Shown here in pieces: positions 9,404-18,879 of a DNA stretch of 64,000 nucleotides. A program made the translations under genes and the position numbers. The stretch comes from Candidatus Udaeobacter sp. (GTDB lineage: Bacteria; Patescibacteriota; Patescibacteriia; Magasanikbacterales; GWA2-37-8): assembly GCA_035473115.1 (NCBI GenBank), contig DATION010000005.1, positions 4,399 to 68,398 on the forward strand. The letters are read 5' to 3'. The notes beneath the pieces were generated by a model. That model ran no database searches. It worked only from the letters and a program-made list of their open reading frames with translations, and was not told the DNA's origin. Numbering within the stretch: the stretch's first letter is position 1; every line of letters starts with the position of its first letter.

Positions 9404-10612
9404 CTAAATTATTCTATTCCACAAATCTACAAAAAAACCTTTGAAATGACCTAAGTCTTTTACAGTAATAACTACCACCAAAATCATTAAAATTGCGAAG
9501 CCAACACCATGGGCAATCTGTTCATACTTTTGCGAAACTGATTGAAGTTTAATTTTACTAACAATCAAGAATAACAATCTACCGCCATCCAAAGCTGGGA
9601 TGGGTAAAATATTTAAGATCGCCAGGTTCAAAGAAAGTACGGCCATAAAATTTAACAGATAGCTAAAACCAAGCTTGGCTACTTGGCCAGTCATTACCGC
9701 TATACCAACCGGACCGGACAATGCTTCGCCCGCTCCCCGGCCGGCAAATAAACCAGCGATCAAATAATAGAAAGATAAAACTATCTCTTTCAGATAAAAA
9801 CCGGTTGTCAAAAATCCATAATATATTGCTTTGTACCACGGATAGCTGACTGTGCCGGCTTCAACTAGCCCAACGCCCAAACCGCCCTTGCCAGTATCCG
9901 GATAAATAAACGGATGAATTTTTTTAGTAATTCTTTCGTTACCTCTTTTTACGGTTATCTCAACATCTTGATCTTTAAAATTATTTACATAATTTTGCAT
10001 TTCAGTAATACTTGGTTTTTCCATTCCGCCCACATTGACCACTACATCTCCGGGCTGTATCCCAGCTAGTGCTGCCGGTTTACCAGACATAACTTGGGTA
10101 ATTTCCAAATGTTTATCTTTTACATTTACTCCCACAGGCAAATTGTCTATTGCCTGCGGCAAACCCAACATTAAACCTACAGAGAGTAAAATAAAAGCCA
10201 AAACCACATTCATCGTTACCCCGCCAAGCAGAGTTGCGGCTCGTTTCCAAAAACTCTGTGCGCTAAAACTGTCTGGACCAACTTCTTCGCCGTTTTCACC
10301 TTTAATCTGCACAAAACCACCTAGGGGAATTAAATTTAAAGAATATAAAGTTCCCTCCTCCGCTTCGCTTGGCAATGGCAGACCTGATTCTAATCCGTCG
10401 CTTACCATCTGTTTGCCTTTACCCCAAACTAGCTTCCATTTTTTTTCTCCATTGGAATTTTTTTGCCACTGTATTCCCAAAATTCGGGGTGGAAAGCCAA
10501 AGCCAAACTCATAGACCTTCATGCCGCTGCCGCGAGCAATTATAAAATGCCCAAATTCATGAGATAAGACCAAAACAGCCAAAACTGCGATAAAAATTAA
10601 AAAAGTTATCAT
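9404..10612 (-). CDS. rseP: RIP metalloprotease RseP (M50, PDZ)
   Basis: HEFGH, GFGFPP, IPLGGFV, PDZ segment and NILPIPALDGG. Confidence 0.93.
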   Translation of the reverse strand: MITFLIFIAVLAVLVLSHEFGHFIIARGSGMKVYEFGFGFPPRILGIQWQKNSNGEKKWKLVWGKGKQMVSDGLESGLPLPSEAEEGTLYSLNLIPLGGFVQIKGENGEEVGPDSFSAQSFWKRAATLLGGVTMNVVLAFILLSVGLMLGLPQAIDNLPVGVNVKDKHLEITQVMSGKPAALAGIQPGDVVVNVGGMEKPSITEMQNYVNNFKDQDVEITVKRGNERITKKIHPFIYPDTGKGGLGVGLVEAGTVSYPWYKAIYYGFLTTGFYLKEIVLSFYYLIAGLFAGRGAGEALSGPVGIAVMTGQVAKLGFSYLLNFMAVLSLNLAILNILPIPALDGGRLLFLIVSKIKLQSVSQKYEQIAHGVGFAILMILVVVITVKDLGHFKGFFVDLWNRII

Positions 10613-10650
10613 AATTATTGATAAATTAACCTGTTTACTATACAATACCA

Positions 10651-10724
10651 GTCATTATATACTACGGTATATAATGACCTCGTTCAGACAAGTAAAAATA
10701 AATTCTTACTTATCACTCACTTCG
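10651..10724 (+). repeat. Family C element, copy C1 (degenerate)
   Basis: Perfect hairpin GTCATTATATAC-TACG-GTATATAATGAC followed by CTCGTTC...stem...ACTCACTTCG; same layout as 21073-21152. Confidence 0.65.
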
Positions 10725-10788
10725 GATATTATATAGTAAGATTATAAAAAAGCCAATAGGAATATTTAATTCAATAATTTAAAGGAAT

Positions 10789-11349
10789 ATGCAAGCATTT
10801 TACGTTATTTTGGCAGGCATCGCAGTACTAACTTTATGGTTAGTGGCCATATATAATGGTTTGATCCGCGCCAAAAACCGAGTCGACGAATCCTTTAGTG
10901 ACATTGATGTCCAATTAAAACGCCGCTACGACTTAATACCTAATTTGGTAGCTACAGTCAAAGGCTACATGACTCATGAGCAAGAAACTTTGGTAAAACT
11001 TACTGAAGCCAGAACTGCAGCTATGAATATGGGTCAAAATGCCACTTTAATGGATAAAGAAAGGGTAGAAAACCAGCTGAGCCAAACTTTAAAATCTCTG
11101 TTTGCCGTAACTGAAAATTACCCGGAATTAAAAGCTAGTCAGAACTTTTTGCAATTACAGGATGAGATCAGCGATACGGAAAATAAAATCCAGGCTGCCC
11201 GCCGATTTTATAACGGCAATGTGCGCGACTTTAATATTAAAATCGCAGTCTTCCCTAACAATATGATTGCCGGTTCACTTGGATTTAAAAAATACGACTT
11301 CTTCCAAACTGTGGCTGCGGAAAAAGAAAATGTGCAGGTTAAGTTTTAA
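10789..11349 (+). CDS. lemA: LemA family protein
   Basis: YNGL, IDVQLKRRYDLIPNLV, ENYPELKA and ARRFYN. Confidence 0.95.
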   Translation: MQAFYVILAGIAVLTLWLVAIYNGLIRAKNRVDESFSDIDVQLKRRYDLIPNLVATVKGYMTHEQETLVKLTEARTAAMNMGQNATLMDKERVENQLSQTLKSLFAVTENYPELKASQNFLQLQDEISDTENKIQAARRFYNGNVRDFNIKIAVFPNNMIAGSLGFKKYDFFQTVAAEKENVQVKF

Positions 11350-11359
11350 TTGAACCAAT

Positions 11360-11776
11360 ATGGAAATGCGTAATACTGAATACAATGGAATATATAGAGG
11401 TTTTACTGAACCGAAAGATCAAGATTCAGCAATTGCTCAAATGAGAAAAGAGATCGCTGCGGAAGGAAATGAAACAGAAGACGAAGTAGATGGAAAAGAA
11501 AAAAAAGGAAAAGTTGGTCTGCAGTTAGATGAAAAGGTGGATATAAAAACCCCTAATAAATTATTTAGAGCTGCTCTTGAAAATGGTGTTAAACCAAAAG
11601 ATATAGTTTTTTACTCTGTAGCCGCAGGTATATTAAGATGGATTGATAATGGTGGCTCTACAGAAATTTTTTGTTATGCCAACAAAACTCCGGGAGAAAA
11701 TTACAGCATGTATATAAATACTAAAGGCAAAATTTCCGGTATCCGCACAGCTAATCAGACTGAGCTTAGCAACTAA
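11360..11776 (+). CDS. Hypothetical protein
   Basis: 138-aa ORF packed tightly between lemA and htpX; no recognisable motif. Confidence 0.65.
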   Translation: MEMRNTEYNGIYRGFTEPKDQDSAIAQMRKEIAAEGNETEDEVDGKEKKGKVGLQLDEKVDIKTPNKLFRAALENGVKPKDIVFYSVAAGILRWIDNGGSTEIFCYANKTPGENYSMYINTKGKISGIRTANQTELSN

Positions 11777-11782
11777 ATAATT

Positions 11783-12667
11783 ATGTACTCCCAAATAGAT
11801 TCCAATAAAAGACAGTCTGTTTTATTGATGATGATTTTTATCGCCGTCATTATTGGTTTGGGTTATGTTTTTGACAAAGCTTCCGGCACTGGTTCTTATG
11901 GCGGAGTGTTTTTTGCCATCTTATTTTCTTTTGGCATGACCGCTGTTTCCTATTTTCAGGGGGACAAGATTGCTTTATGGTCCAGCCACGCCCAACCAAT
12001 TGCCAAAGCAGATAATCCTTATGTTTATCGCCTAATAGAAAATTTAGCTATAACCAATGGCACGCCTACGCCAAAAATTTATATCATCGAAGACCAAGCC
12101 ATAAACGCTTTTGCGACCGGCCGCAAACCAGAATTGGCTTCCATTGCCGTTACCACTGGCGCGATAGCCAAACTAACCAACGAAGAATTAGAAGGCGTGT
12201 TGGCACACGAACTTTCTCATGTAAAAAACTATGATATTCGGTTTATGACTTTGGTAGCCGTGCTAGTCGGCGCTATCGCGATACTTTCTAATATATTTTT
12301 ACGCAGCCGCTGGCTGCCTCGCCGCAACAACGATCGTGAAGGCGGAAATATTGGCGCTATTTTTATGATTATCGGAATAATTTTGGCAATTTTATCCCCT
12401 ATTATTGCCGAACTAATTAAGCTGGCGATTTCTCGTCGCCGTGAATACTTGGCTGATGCTTCTGGAGCACTACTCACTCGCTACCCCGAAGGTTTAGCCA
12501 AAGCGTTAGAAAAAATTGCTGCCGAAAATATACCGATGACAAGTGCTAGTCAAGCAACCGCGCATCTTTTTTTGGCCAACCCATTTGCCGGCCGCAAAGT
12601 TTCTGATTTATTTTCCACTCACCCGCCGATAATGGAACGTATTAAAAAATTACGAGAGATGGCTTAA
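11783..12667 (+). CDS. htpX: Zinc metalloprotease HtpX (M48)
   Basis: NAFATG, HELSH, SRRREYLADA and FSTHPP. Confidence 0.95.
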   Translation: MYSQIDSNKRQSVLLMMIFIAVIIGLGYVFDKASGTGSYGGVFFAILFSFGMTAVSYFQGDKIALWSSHAQPIAKADNPYVYRLIENLAITNGTPTPKIYIIEDQAINAFATGRKPELASIAVTTGAIAKLTNEELEGVLAHELSHVKNYDIRFMTLVAVLVGAIAILSNIFLRSRWLPRRNNDREGGNIGAIFMIIGIILAILSPIIAELIKLAISRRREYLADASGALLTRYPEGLAKALEKIAAENIPMTSASQATAHLFLANPFAGRKVSDLFSTHPPIMERIKKLREMA

Positions 12668-12679
12668 TTGTGAAAATAT

Positions 12680-13093
12680 ATGAAAATAGGAATTATTGGT
12701 AGCATGCACTTTAGTGAAAAAATGCTAGAGATTGCTAAAAATCTTAAAACACTCAACCACGAGCCAATTCTTTCAAATTTTATTAATGATTTCCCCGGAC
12801 AGAATGATGAAGAAAAAGAACGAATAAAACTTGATCAAAAATTTAACGAGGATGCTATGCGGCGCGATTGGGAAACCATGAAATCAGCCGACGCGCTTCT
12901 GGTAATAAATATGGAACGTCATGGCATACCCAACTATATTGGAGGCAACACGCTTTTTGAGTTAGCAGCCGGGTATTTCACTGGGAAAAAAATTTTTCTC
13001 TATAATCCTGTCCCTGAAATTCAGTATTACAAATCTGAAATTGAAGCAACTAAACCAACTATAATAAATGGAGATTTATCAAAAATAATATAA
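12680..13093 (+). CDS. Hypothetical protein, probably nucleoside 2-deoxyribosyltransferase-like fold
   Basis: IGIIGSM...SADALLVIN...GGNTLFELAAG...KKIFL pattern. Confidence 0.55.
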   Translation: MKIGIIGSMHFSEKMLEIAKNLKTLNHEPILSNFINDFPGQNDEEKERIKLDQKFNEDAMRRDWETMKSADALLVINMERHGIPNYIGGNTLFELAAGYFTGKKIFLYNPVPEIQYYKSEIEATKPTIINGDLSKII

Positions 13094-13095
13094 TT

Positions 13096-13521
13096 ATGGA
13101 TCAAAACAACCAATACCCAAAAGTCGGGGTCGGAGTAATGATTTTTAAAGATGGTAAAGTTTTATTAGGCAAAAGAAAAAACGCCCATGGCGAAGGTGCT
13201 TATGCTTGGCCAGGCGGCCATATGGAATATATGGAATCTTTTGCAGATTGCGCCAAAAGAGAAACAATGGAAGAAACAGGTATGGAAATAGAAAATGTTA
13301 GATTTCTTAGATTATATAATCTAAAAGAATACGCCCCTAAACATTATGTTGATGTTGGGCTTATAGCCGATTGGAAAAGTGGCGAACCAAAAATAATGGA
13401 GCCAGAAAAATGTGAGGGCTGGGATTGGTATGACATGGATAATTTACCTCAGCCTTTATTCAGTACTATTCCAAGCTACATTGAAGCTTACAAAACTGGC
13501 AGAAATTTTTTTGATAATTAA
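13096..13521 (+). CDS. NUDIX hydrolase (NUDT15/MutT-like)
   Basis: Nudix box PGGHMEYMESFADCAKRETMEETG; EPEKCEGWDW. Confidence 0.92.
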   Translation: MDQNNQYPKVGVGVMIFKDGKVLLGKRKNAHGEGAYAWPGGHMEYMESFADCAKRETMEETGMEIENVRFLRLYNLKEYAPKHYVDVGLIADWKSGEPKIMEPEKCEGWDWYDMDNLPQPLFSTIPSYIEAYKTGRNFFDN

Positions 13522-13522
13522 A

Positions 13523-13852
13523 TTAACGACTGCGTGTCTGCGGATTTGGTCCAAACAATTTATCAAATACTGAAAGTTTACGCACAGTGTTGCGTTCATT
13601 TTTTAAAAACACTTCGCCGGATTCTTTGCCAATTTTCTGCACAACATACTCAAAGGCGCGCATATCATCTTCTAACTTGGCTTTAATAATCATTTTTGGT
13701 TTTAATCCGGTCTGTTTTATACGGGCAGAAATTTGCTGGCGCTTATTAAAATCAACATCCTTTTGATCTTCCTGGTTTTGGCGGCCAATACTTTCTCTTT
13801 TAGATAACCAACGACCGGCTGGGCTAACTGGCGTGGAAGACATTTTGGACAT
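13523..13852 (-). CDS. Hypothetical basic protein
   Basis: 109-aa ORF just downstream of the acyltransferase. Confidence 0.65.
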   Translation of the reverse strand: MSKMSSTPVSPAGRWLSKRESIGRQNQEDQKDVDFNKRQQISARIKQTGLKPKMIIKAKLEDDMRAFEYVVQKIGKESGEVFLKNERNTVRKLSVFDKLFGPNPQTRSR

Positions 13853-13869
13853 AAATTAAAATTAATTAT

Positions 13870-14763
13870 TTATAAAGCTTCAACTTCTTCAATAATATCT
13901 TCCTCATCAACTTCAACCTCTGGAGTTTCTTGATATGGACCGCGGCGCTCTGCTGGCAACATTGTACCAATGGCTGCGGCCACAGTATCGGCATCTTCTT
14001 TTAATCTTCTGGAAACTCTGGAAAATTCCTTGACCTCATCGGCTGTCACAACTTCTCCCTGTTTGCGCTTATTCATAACTGTAGCAATAATTGAAACATC
14101 TAAAGGCAGTAATTTGATAGGCTTACCTACATGATAAGTACCTTCGGCTTTTTTCCTACCAGCCACAGCTTTAGCTAATTCCCAAGGCCCTTCCAAATTA
14201 ACTGATCCGCCGTTATATTCCAAAGCTGCGGGAATAATCATAGCTCCGCTTTTGTGGGCTAAATAAATAGCGCCTATGCCTGCTTTACGCATTTCTTCCT
14301 CTTTAGTCCAAGGATGTACAGCTATCCAGGGAGTTTTTCCTTTTTCAATACCTTCTTCTAATCCGGCGAAATCTGCTGGATTAAAAACTCCATGCTTGTT
14401 GCCACCCTTGCCTTTCTCATACGATAAAGGAGTAAAATTTTCTTTTCCAGCCAATTTAAATAATAAATTTTGCGCGGCAGTTCGCTTAAAATGAACTGAC
14501 TCAGCCGTAACTTGAATGTCTAAAATATCCCCCAGCGCTTCCACTGTTGCGGGAGCATCCAGATTAGAAAAATGCGACGTGGCAATGACAAATTTAGCGT
14601 TCGGGTTTTCTTTCAATTCTTGTTTAACTTCTTCTTTTCCTTCCACCTGAAAATTACGACAGAAAAAATCCACTATTTTCTTTACTCTTTCTCGAAATTT
14701 AGTGGGAGTTTCTCTTTTTTGGGTTTTTTCAACTTCCATTCCACCTCTAAAACCTTCACGCAT
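13870..14763 (-). CDS. Lysophospholipid acyltransferase-like (PlsC/LPLAT superfamily)
   Basis: HX4D motif SHFSNLD and GAIYLAHKSGAMIIPAAL; motif III is divergent. Confidence 0.7.
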   Translation of the reverse strand: MREGFRGGMEVEKTQKRETPTKFRERVKKIVDFFCRNFQVEGKEEVKQELKENPNAKFVIATSHFSNLDAPATVEALGDILDIQVTAESVHFKRTAAQNLLFKLAGKENFTPLSYEKGKGGNKHGVFNPADFAGLEEGIEKGKTPWIAVHPWTKEEEMRKAGIGAIYLAHKSGAMIIPAALEYNGGSVNLEGPWELAKAVAGRKKAEGTYHVGKPIKLLPLDVSIIATVMNKRKQGEVVTADEVKEFSRVSRRLKEDADTVAAAIGTMLPAERRGPYQETPEVEVDEEDIIEEVEAL

Positions 14764-14787
14764 AAAAATAAATTAATACTAAGGTCA

Positions 14788-14890
14788 AATCATTATTGAT
14801 TTTTGCAGCGGCCATCGCACCCTCAGATGGGTGCCTGCAGGGCATTTGCCTGTCCCCTTTAGGGGGGCTGCCAGAAAATTAATAATAATT
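14788..14890 (+). repeat. Family B branched hairpin element, copy B1
   Basis: Core TTTTGCAGCGGCCATCGCACCCTC...GGGTGCCTGCAGGGCATTTG with AT-rich outer stem and an extra CCCC-TTTA-GGGG hairpin. Confidence 0.88.
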
Positions 14891-14895
14891 AATTA

Positions 14896-16257
14896 TTATT
14901 GTATTATACCACTAATCTCTTTTACTTTCTCTTTCATAATTTCTTCGCTGACTGCTTCTAAATTCAAACGCATTTTATTTTCCGTATTGGAAGCGCGGAC
15001 ATTAAACCAAAAATCCGGCCACTGGAAACTCAGACCATCAAAATCATATTGCAAATTAGCGCCGTATTTATCTTTTAATTTTTTAAAGACTGCTTCTTTG
15101 TCGGTAACGGCAAAATTGATTTCTCCGGACTGATGATATTTTTGCAGCGGCGTAACATATTCACTAAATTCTTTTCCGCTTCCCGACAACTCCTGCAAAA
15201 TCTTCAAGGTCATAATTTCCGGAACTTCAAATGTTCCGTGCGGCATCTTTAAAAAGAAATGCCCCGAAGATTCACCGGCAAAAACTGCTTCCACTTCGCG
15301 CATTTTTTCTTTTATCAAAGAATGACCTACTCTGGTTACCACCGGCACACCCCCTGCTTCCTCAATCATATCTATAGTAATTTTCCCTGGACGGATATCG
15401 TAACCCACTTTAGCGCCTGGATTATCGCGCAAAAAAATCTTGGCCAAAATACCGCGCAAAATTGCCGGCTCAATTGTCTTGCCTTTATTATCTACAAAAA
15501 ATATTCTGTCCGCATCGCCATCTAGAGCAATTCCCAAATCTGCGCCAGTCTCCAAAACTTTTTGCTGCAAAGCATGATTGTTTTCGTCTTTTAGCGGATC
15601 AGCTTCGTGATTAGGAAATCGGCCGTCGAGCTCAAAATACATTTTTATTAATTCACAAGGCAAATATTTAAACAATTCTGCCATTAGCGGCCCGCCCATG
15701 CCATTGGCGGTGTCTACCACAATTTTAAACGGTTTTATTTTCTGCAAATCAGCATAACCCAAAGCATACTTTATTTGCTCGGCCAAAACTCCTTCTAGTT
15801 TGGAAACATTTCCTTTTTTGACAACTTCGGGAAATTCATTAGCCTCTACCATATCTCTGACTTCCATAATACCGGTATCGCCGCTAATGGGCACGGCCGC
15901 AGCGCGGGTCATTTTAAAACCATTATACTGCGCTGGATTATGCGAAGCGGAAACTTGCAAACCAGCATCATAGCCATAATAGCTGACGCCGAAATAAAAA
16001 GTTGGGGTGGAAGCCAAACCAATATCTACCACATTTACTCCCTGGTCGGTGATGCCTTTGACTACAGATTCAAAAAGAGATGGCGAGGAAGCGCGCATGT
16101 CCTGGCCAACCGCTACAGTAATACTGTCTTTAGCGACTTCTTTTTTTATAAGTTCGGCAAAAGCCCGACCAACACGGTAAGCAATTTCTTCGTTTAATTC
16201 ACTAGGATAAACTCCTCGAATGTCATAGGCTTTAAAGATGTTTTTGGCGATTTGCAT
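14896..16257 (-). CDS. Phosphomannomutase/phosphoglucomutase
   Basis: FKAYDIRG, SASHNP, DGDADR, GESSGH and RASNTE. Confidence 0.95.
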   Translation of the reverse strand: MQIAKNIFKAYDIRGVYPSELNEEIAYRVGRAFAELIKKEVAKDSITVAVGQDMRASSPSLFESVVKGITDQGVNVVDIGLASTPTFYFGVSYYGYDAGLQVSASHNPAQYNGFKMTRAAAVPISGDTGIMEVRDMVEANEFPEVVKKGNVSKLEGVLAEQIKYALGYADLQKIKPFKIVVDTANGMGGPLMAELFKYLPCELIKMYFELDGRFPNHEADPLKDENNHALQQKVLETGADLGIALDGDADRIFFVDNKGKTIEPAILRGILAKIFLRDNPGAKVGYDIRPGKITIDMIEEAGGVPVVTRVGHSLIKEKMREVEAVFAGESSGHFFLKMPHGTFEVPEIMTLKILQELSGSGKEFSEYVTPLQKYHQSGEINFAVTDKEAVFKKLKDKYGANLQYDFDGLSFQWPDFWFNVRASNTENKMRLNLEAVSEEIMKEKVKEISGIIQ

Positions 16258-16270
16258 AAAAAAATTATAA

Positions 16271-16319
16271 TTGACTTTTTAGCTTAAATTAGTATATAAT
16301 AAGCAACATAATGAGTCAA
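16271..16319. promoter_or_regulatory. Overlapping divergent sigma70 promoters (clpC and PMM/PGM)
   Basis: Plus strand TTGACT-18-TATAAT; minus strand TTGACT-17-TATACT. Confidence 0.65.
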
Positions 16320-16335
16320 AATTTAAACTAAAAAC

Positions 16336-18867
16336 ATGAACATCATTGACCGATTTTCCACTCACCTGCGTGAAGTTCTGGTTGGCAGCGTGCGCATTGC
16401 CACAGACCTAAAAAATCCTTCGGTAGAACCGATTCATCTTTTGCTGGCTTTATCTATGCAGAAAGGATCTGTGGCCAATGAAATTTTAAACCGATATAAA
16501 CTGGATACAAAAAATATCGAAAAAATTATTGCTGAATTAAAACCTGAAATTAATTTAACAACAAAAATTGACCCTTCGCCATTTTCGGCAAACTCCAAAT
16601 CTGCTTTAGAAAAAGCTTTGGTCATCGCCCAAAAAAATAGCCACAACTACTTGGGCACCGAACATCTACTCTCCGCTCTGCTTAACCTTAACGATTCATC
16701 AATAGAAGAGCTGCTTACCGGAAATAAAGTTAAAAAAACCGAACTAAACGAACAGCTGGAAATTGTACTAGCCACCGCTTCCCAATTTCCGCAAATTACT
16801 GAAATACCAGAAGTAATTAGTCATATGCAAGAAGGCTTATCCGACGACGCTATGCTGCAACAAATTTTGCCCACAGACAAAAAAAATAAGAAAAAAGAAT
16901 CAGCCCTAAATTTTTTTGCGGCCAATTTAACTAATCCTGATATTCAAGCTGACATTGATCCGGTAATTGGCCGGGAAACAGAGATCGAACGCATGATGCA
17001 GATTTTGTGCCGCCGCACCAAAAACAACCCGATTCTTTTGGGAGAACCGGGCGTGGGCAAAACAGCTATTGTTGAAGGTCTGGCCAAAAAAATCGCTGCC
17101 GGCGAAGTGCCAGACGCGCTGCTCAACAAAAAAATATACGCTCTAGATATGGGTATGCTTATTGCCGGCACAGCTTACCGCGGTGAATTCGAAGGCCGCT
17201 TGCGCCAAGTAATTGAAGATGTCAGCAGTGACCCAAATATAATTTTGTTTATTGACGAGCTGCACAACATTGTCGGCGCTGGCTCCAACCAAGGCACCAT
17301 GGACGCAGCCAACATTCTAAAGCCAGCTTTGGCGCGCGGCGAAATTCGCTGCATCGGCGCCACCACTCCGGCCGAATTTAAAAAACATATTGAAAGCGAC
17401 GCCGCTCTCGAAAGACGCTTCCAGCCGATTTATGTCAAAGAGCCATCGGTGGCCGACACGATTAAAATTCTTAGCGGCATAAAAAGTAACTACGAAATTT
17501 TTCATAACTTAAAAATTACTGACCAAGCTATAGCCAAAACTGTGCAACTGGCTGATCGTTATATCACCAACAAACTTTTGCCAGACAAAGCCATTGATCT
17601 TTTGGATGAAACTGCGGCAGCTAAACGTTTAAAAACCAAACCGACTCTGGCCGAAGCCAAATTATGGCGCCTGAAGCAAGAATTAGAAAAAACAATTTCT
17701 GCCAAAGAAGTTGCCGCTGGCAATGATAAATTTAACGAAGCAGTAAGACTAAAAGAAAAAGAAAAAATTCTGGAGCAGGAAATAAAATATTACAAAGAAA
17801 AAACTGCTCTGCAAAAAACTGCCAAAACAGAAACGGTTATTACTGAAGAAGATATAATTAACCAATTGGCAAAAATAATCGACACGCCGATTCGTGATTT
17901 ATTTATTAAAAAACAAGGCCGCGCTTCAATGGACGCTGCGCGACATGATTCCGCTGAATCAAATAATTTAATCAACTTTGAATCCGAACTGCAAAAACGC
18001 ATTATTGGCCAAGATGAAGTTTTGCATGAAGTCGCCCAAATTATCCAGCAAGCGCAGTTGGAACTTTCCAGCCCAAATCGCCCACTGGCTTCGTTTTTGT
18101 TTGTCGGCGAAAGCGGCGTGGGCAAAACCGAACTGGCAAAGTCTTTGGCGCAAACACTGTATCCAAACCAAAATTCTTTTATCCAGCTCAACATGAGTGA
18201 GTTTAACGAAAGTTTTAGTGTTTCTAAACTGCTTGGCTCCCCAGCCGGATATATTGGCTACAAAGAAAGCAACCAATTTACTGACCGGATTAAAATGAAT
18301 CCCTACTGCGTGGTTTTGCTAGATGAAATCGACAAAGCCCATAAAGATGTAACTAAACTTCTTTTGCAGATGTTGGAAAATGGCGAAATCACCGACTCAG
18401 TCGGCAAAAAAATATCCCTCAAGCACGCTGTGATTATCCTGACCACTTCACTGGGCGGAGAAGAAATGAAAAAAAATAATATCGGCTTTGAAAACAATAA
18501 CAATAATTCCGAAAACAAAAAACGGATCAAAGAAAAACTAAAAGAATTTTTCTCTCCCGAGCTTATAAACCGGTTGGATCAAATCTGTATTTTCAACAAT
18601 CTTACCAAAGCTGACCTGGCCAAAATTGCCGCTTTGGAAATTATTGATTTGAATAAACAGCTAGAGCAATACCACACCGCTATTAAAGCCGAAGACAAAA
18701 TCTTTGACTGGTTTGTCGGCCAGCTGACCGAAAAAAATAACGCCCGCGAAGTCCGCCGCCAAATCAGAAATCAGGTAGAAAAAATGATGGCTGAAATTAT
18801 CATGCAAGATAAAATAAAAACTCAACACAAGTTGGTTTTGCAGCAAAATAAATTGTCAGTAAAATAA
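16336..18867 (+). CDS. clpC: ATP-dependent Clp protease ATP-binding subunit (ClpC-like)
   Basis: Clp N repeats, two AAA modules (GEPGVGKT, GESGVGKT) and UVR-like middle region. Confidence 0.9.
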   Translation: MNIIDRFSTHLREVLVGSVRIATDLKNPSVEPIHLLLALSMQKGSVANEILNRYKLDTKNIEKIIAELKPEINLTTKIDPSPFSANSKSALEKALVIAQKNSHNYLGTEHLLSALLNLNDSSIEELLTGNKVKKTELNEQLEIVLATASQFPQITEIPEVISHMQEGLSDDAMLQQILPTDKKNKKKESALNFFAANLTNPDIQADIDPVIGRETEIERMMQILCRRTKNNPILLGEPGVGKTAIVEGLAKKIAAGEVPDALLNKKIYALDMGMLIAGTAYRGEFEGRLRQVIEDVSSDPNIILFIDELHNIVGAGSNQGTMDAANILKPALARGEIRCIGATTPAEFKKHIESDAALERRFQPIYVKEPSVADTIKILSGIKSNYEIFHNLKITDQAIAKTVQLADRYITNKLLPDKAIDLLDETAAAKRLKTKPTLAEAKLWRLKQELEKTISAKEVAAGNDKFNEAVRLKEKEKILEQEIKYYKEKTALQKTAKTETVITEEDIINQLAKIIDTPIRDLFIKKQGRASMDAARHDSAESNNLINFESELQKRIIGQDEVLHEVAQIIQQAQLELSSPNRPLASFLFVGESGVGKTELAKSLAQTLYPNQNSFIQLNMSEFNESFSVSKLLGSPAGYIGYKESNQFTDRIKMNPYCVVLLDEIDKAHKDVTKLLLQMLENGEITDSVGKKISLKHAVIILTTSLGGEEMKKNNIGFENNNNNSENKKRIKEKLKEFFSPELINRLDQICIFNNLTKADLAKIAALEIIDLNKQLEQYHTAIKAEDKIFDWFVGQLTEKNNAREVRRQIRNQVEKMMAEIIMQDKIKTQHKLVLQQNKLSVK
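17918..17963 (+). repeat. Family E double hairpin, in-frame copy inside clpC
   Basis: 36/46 ungapped identity to intergenic 38280-38325, with compensatory stem changes. Confidence 0.8.
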
Positions 18868-18879
18868 TTTTCTCCTATT

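Noticed and set aside
14831-15133. ORFs starting MPAGHL at 14831 and 40640 as paralogous small proteins
   Set aside because: The shared start is the family B core read from a GTG; the rest is antisense to real genes.
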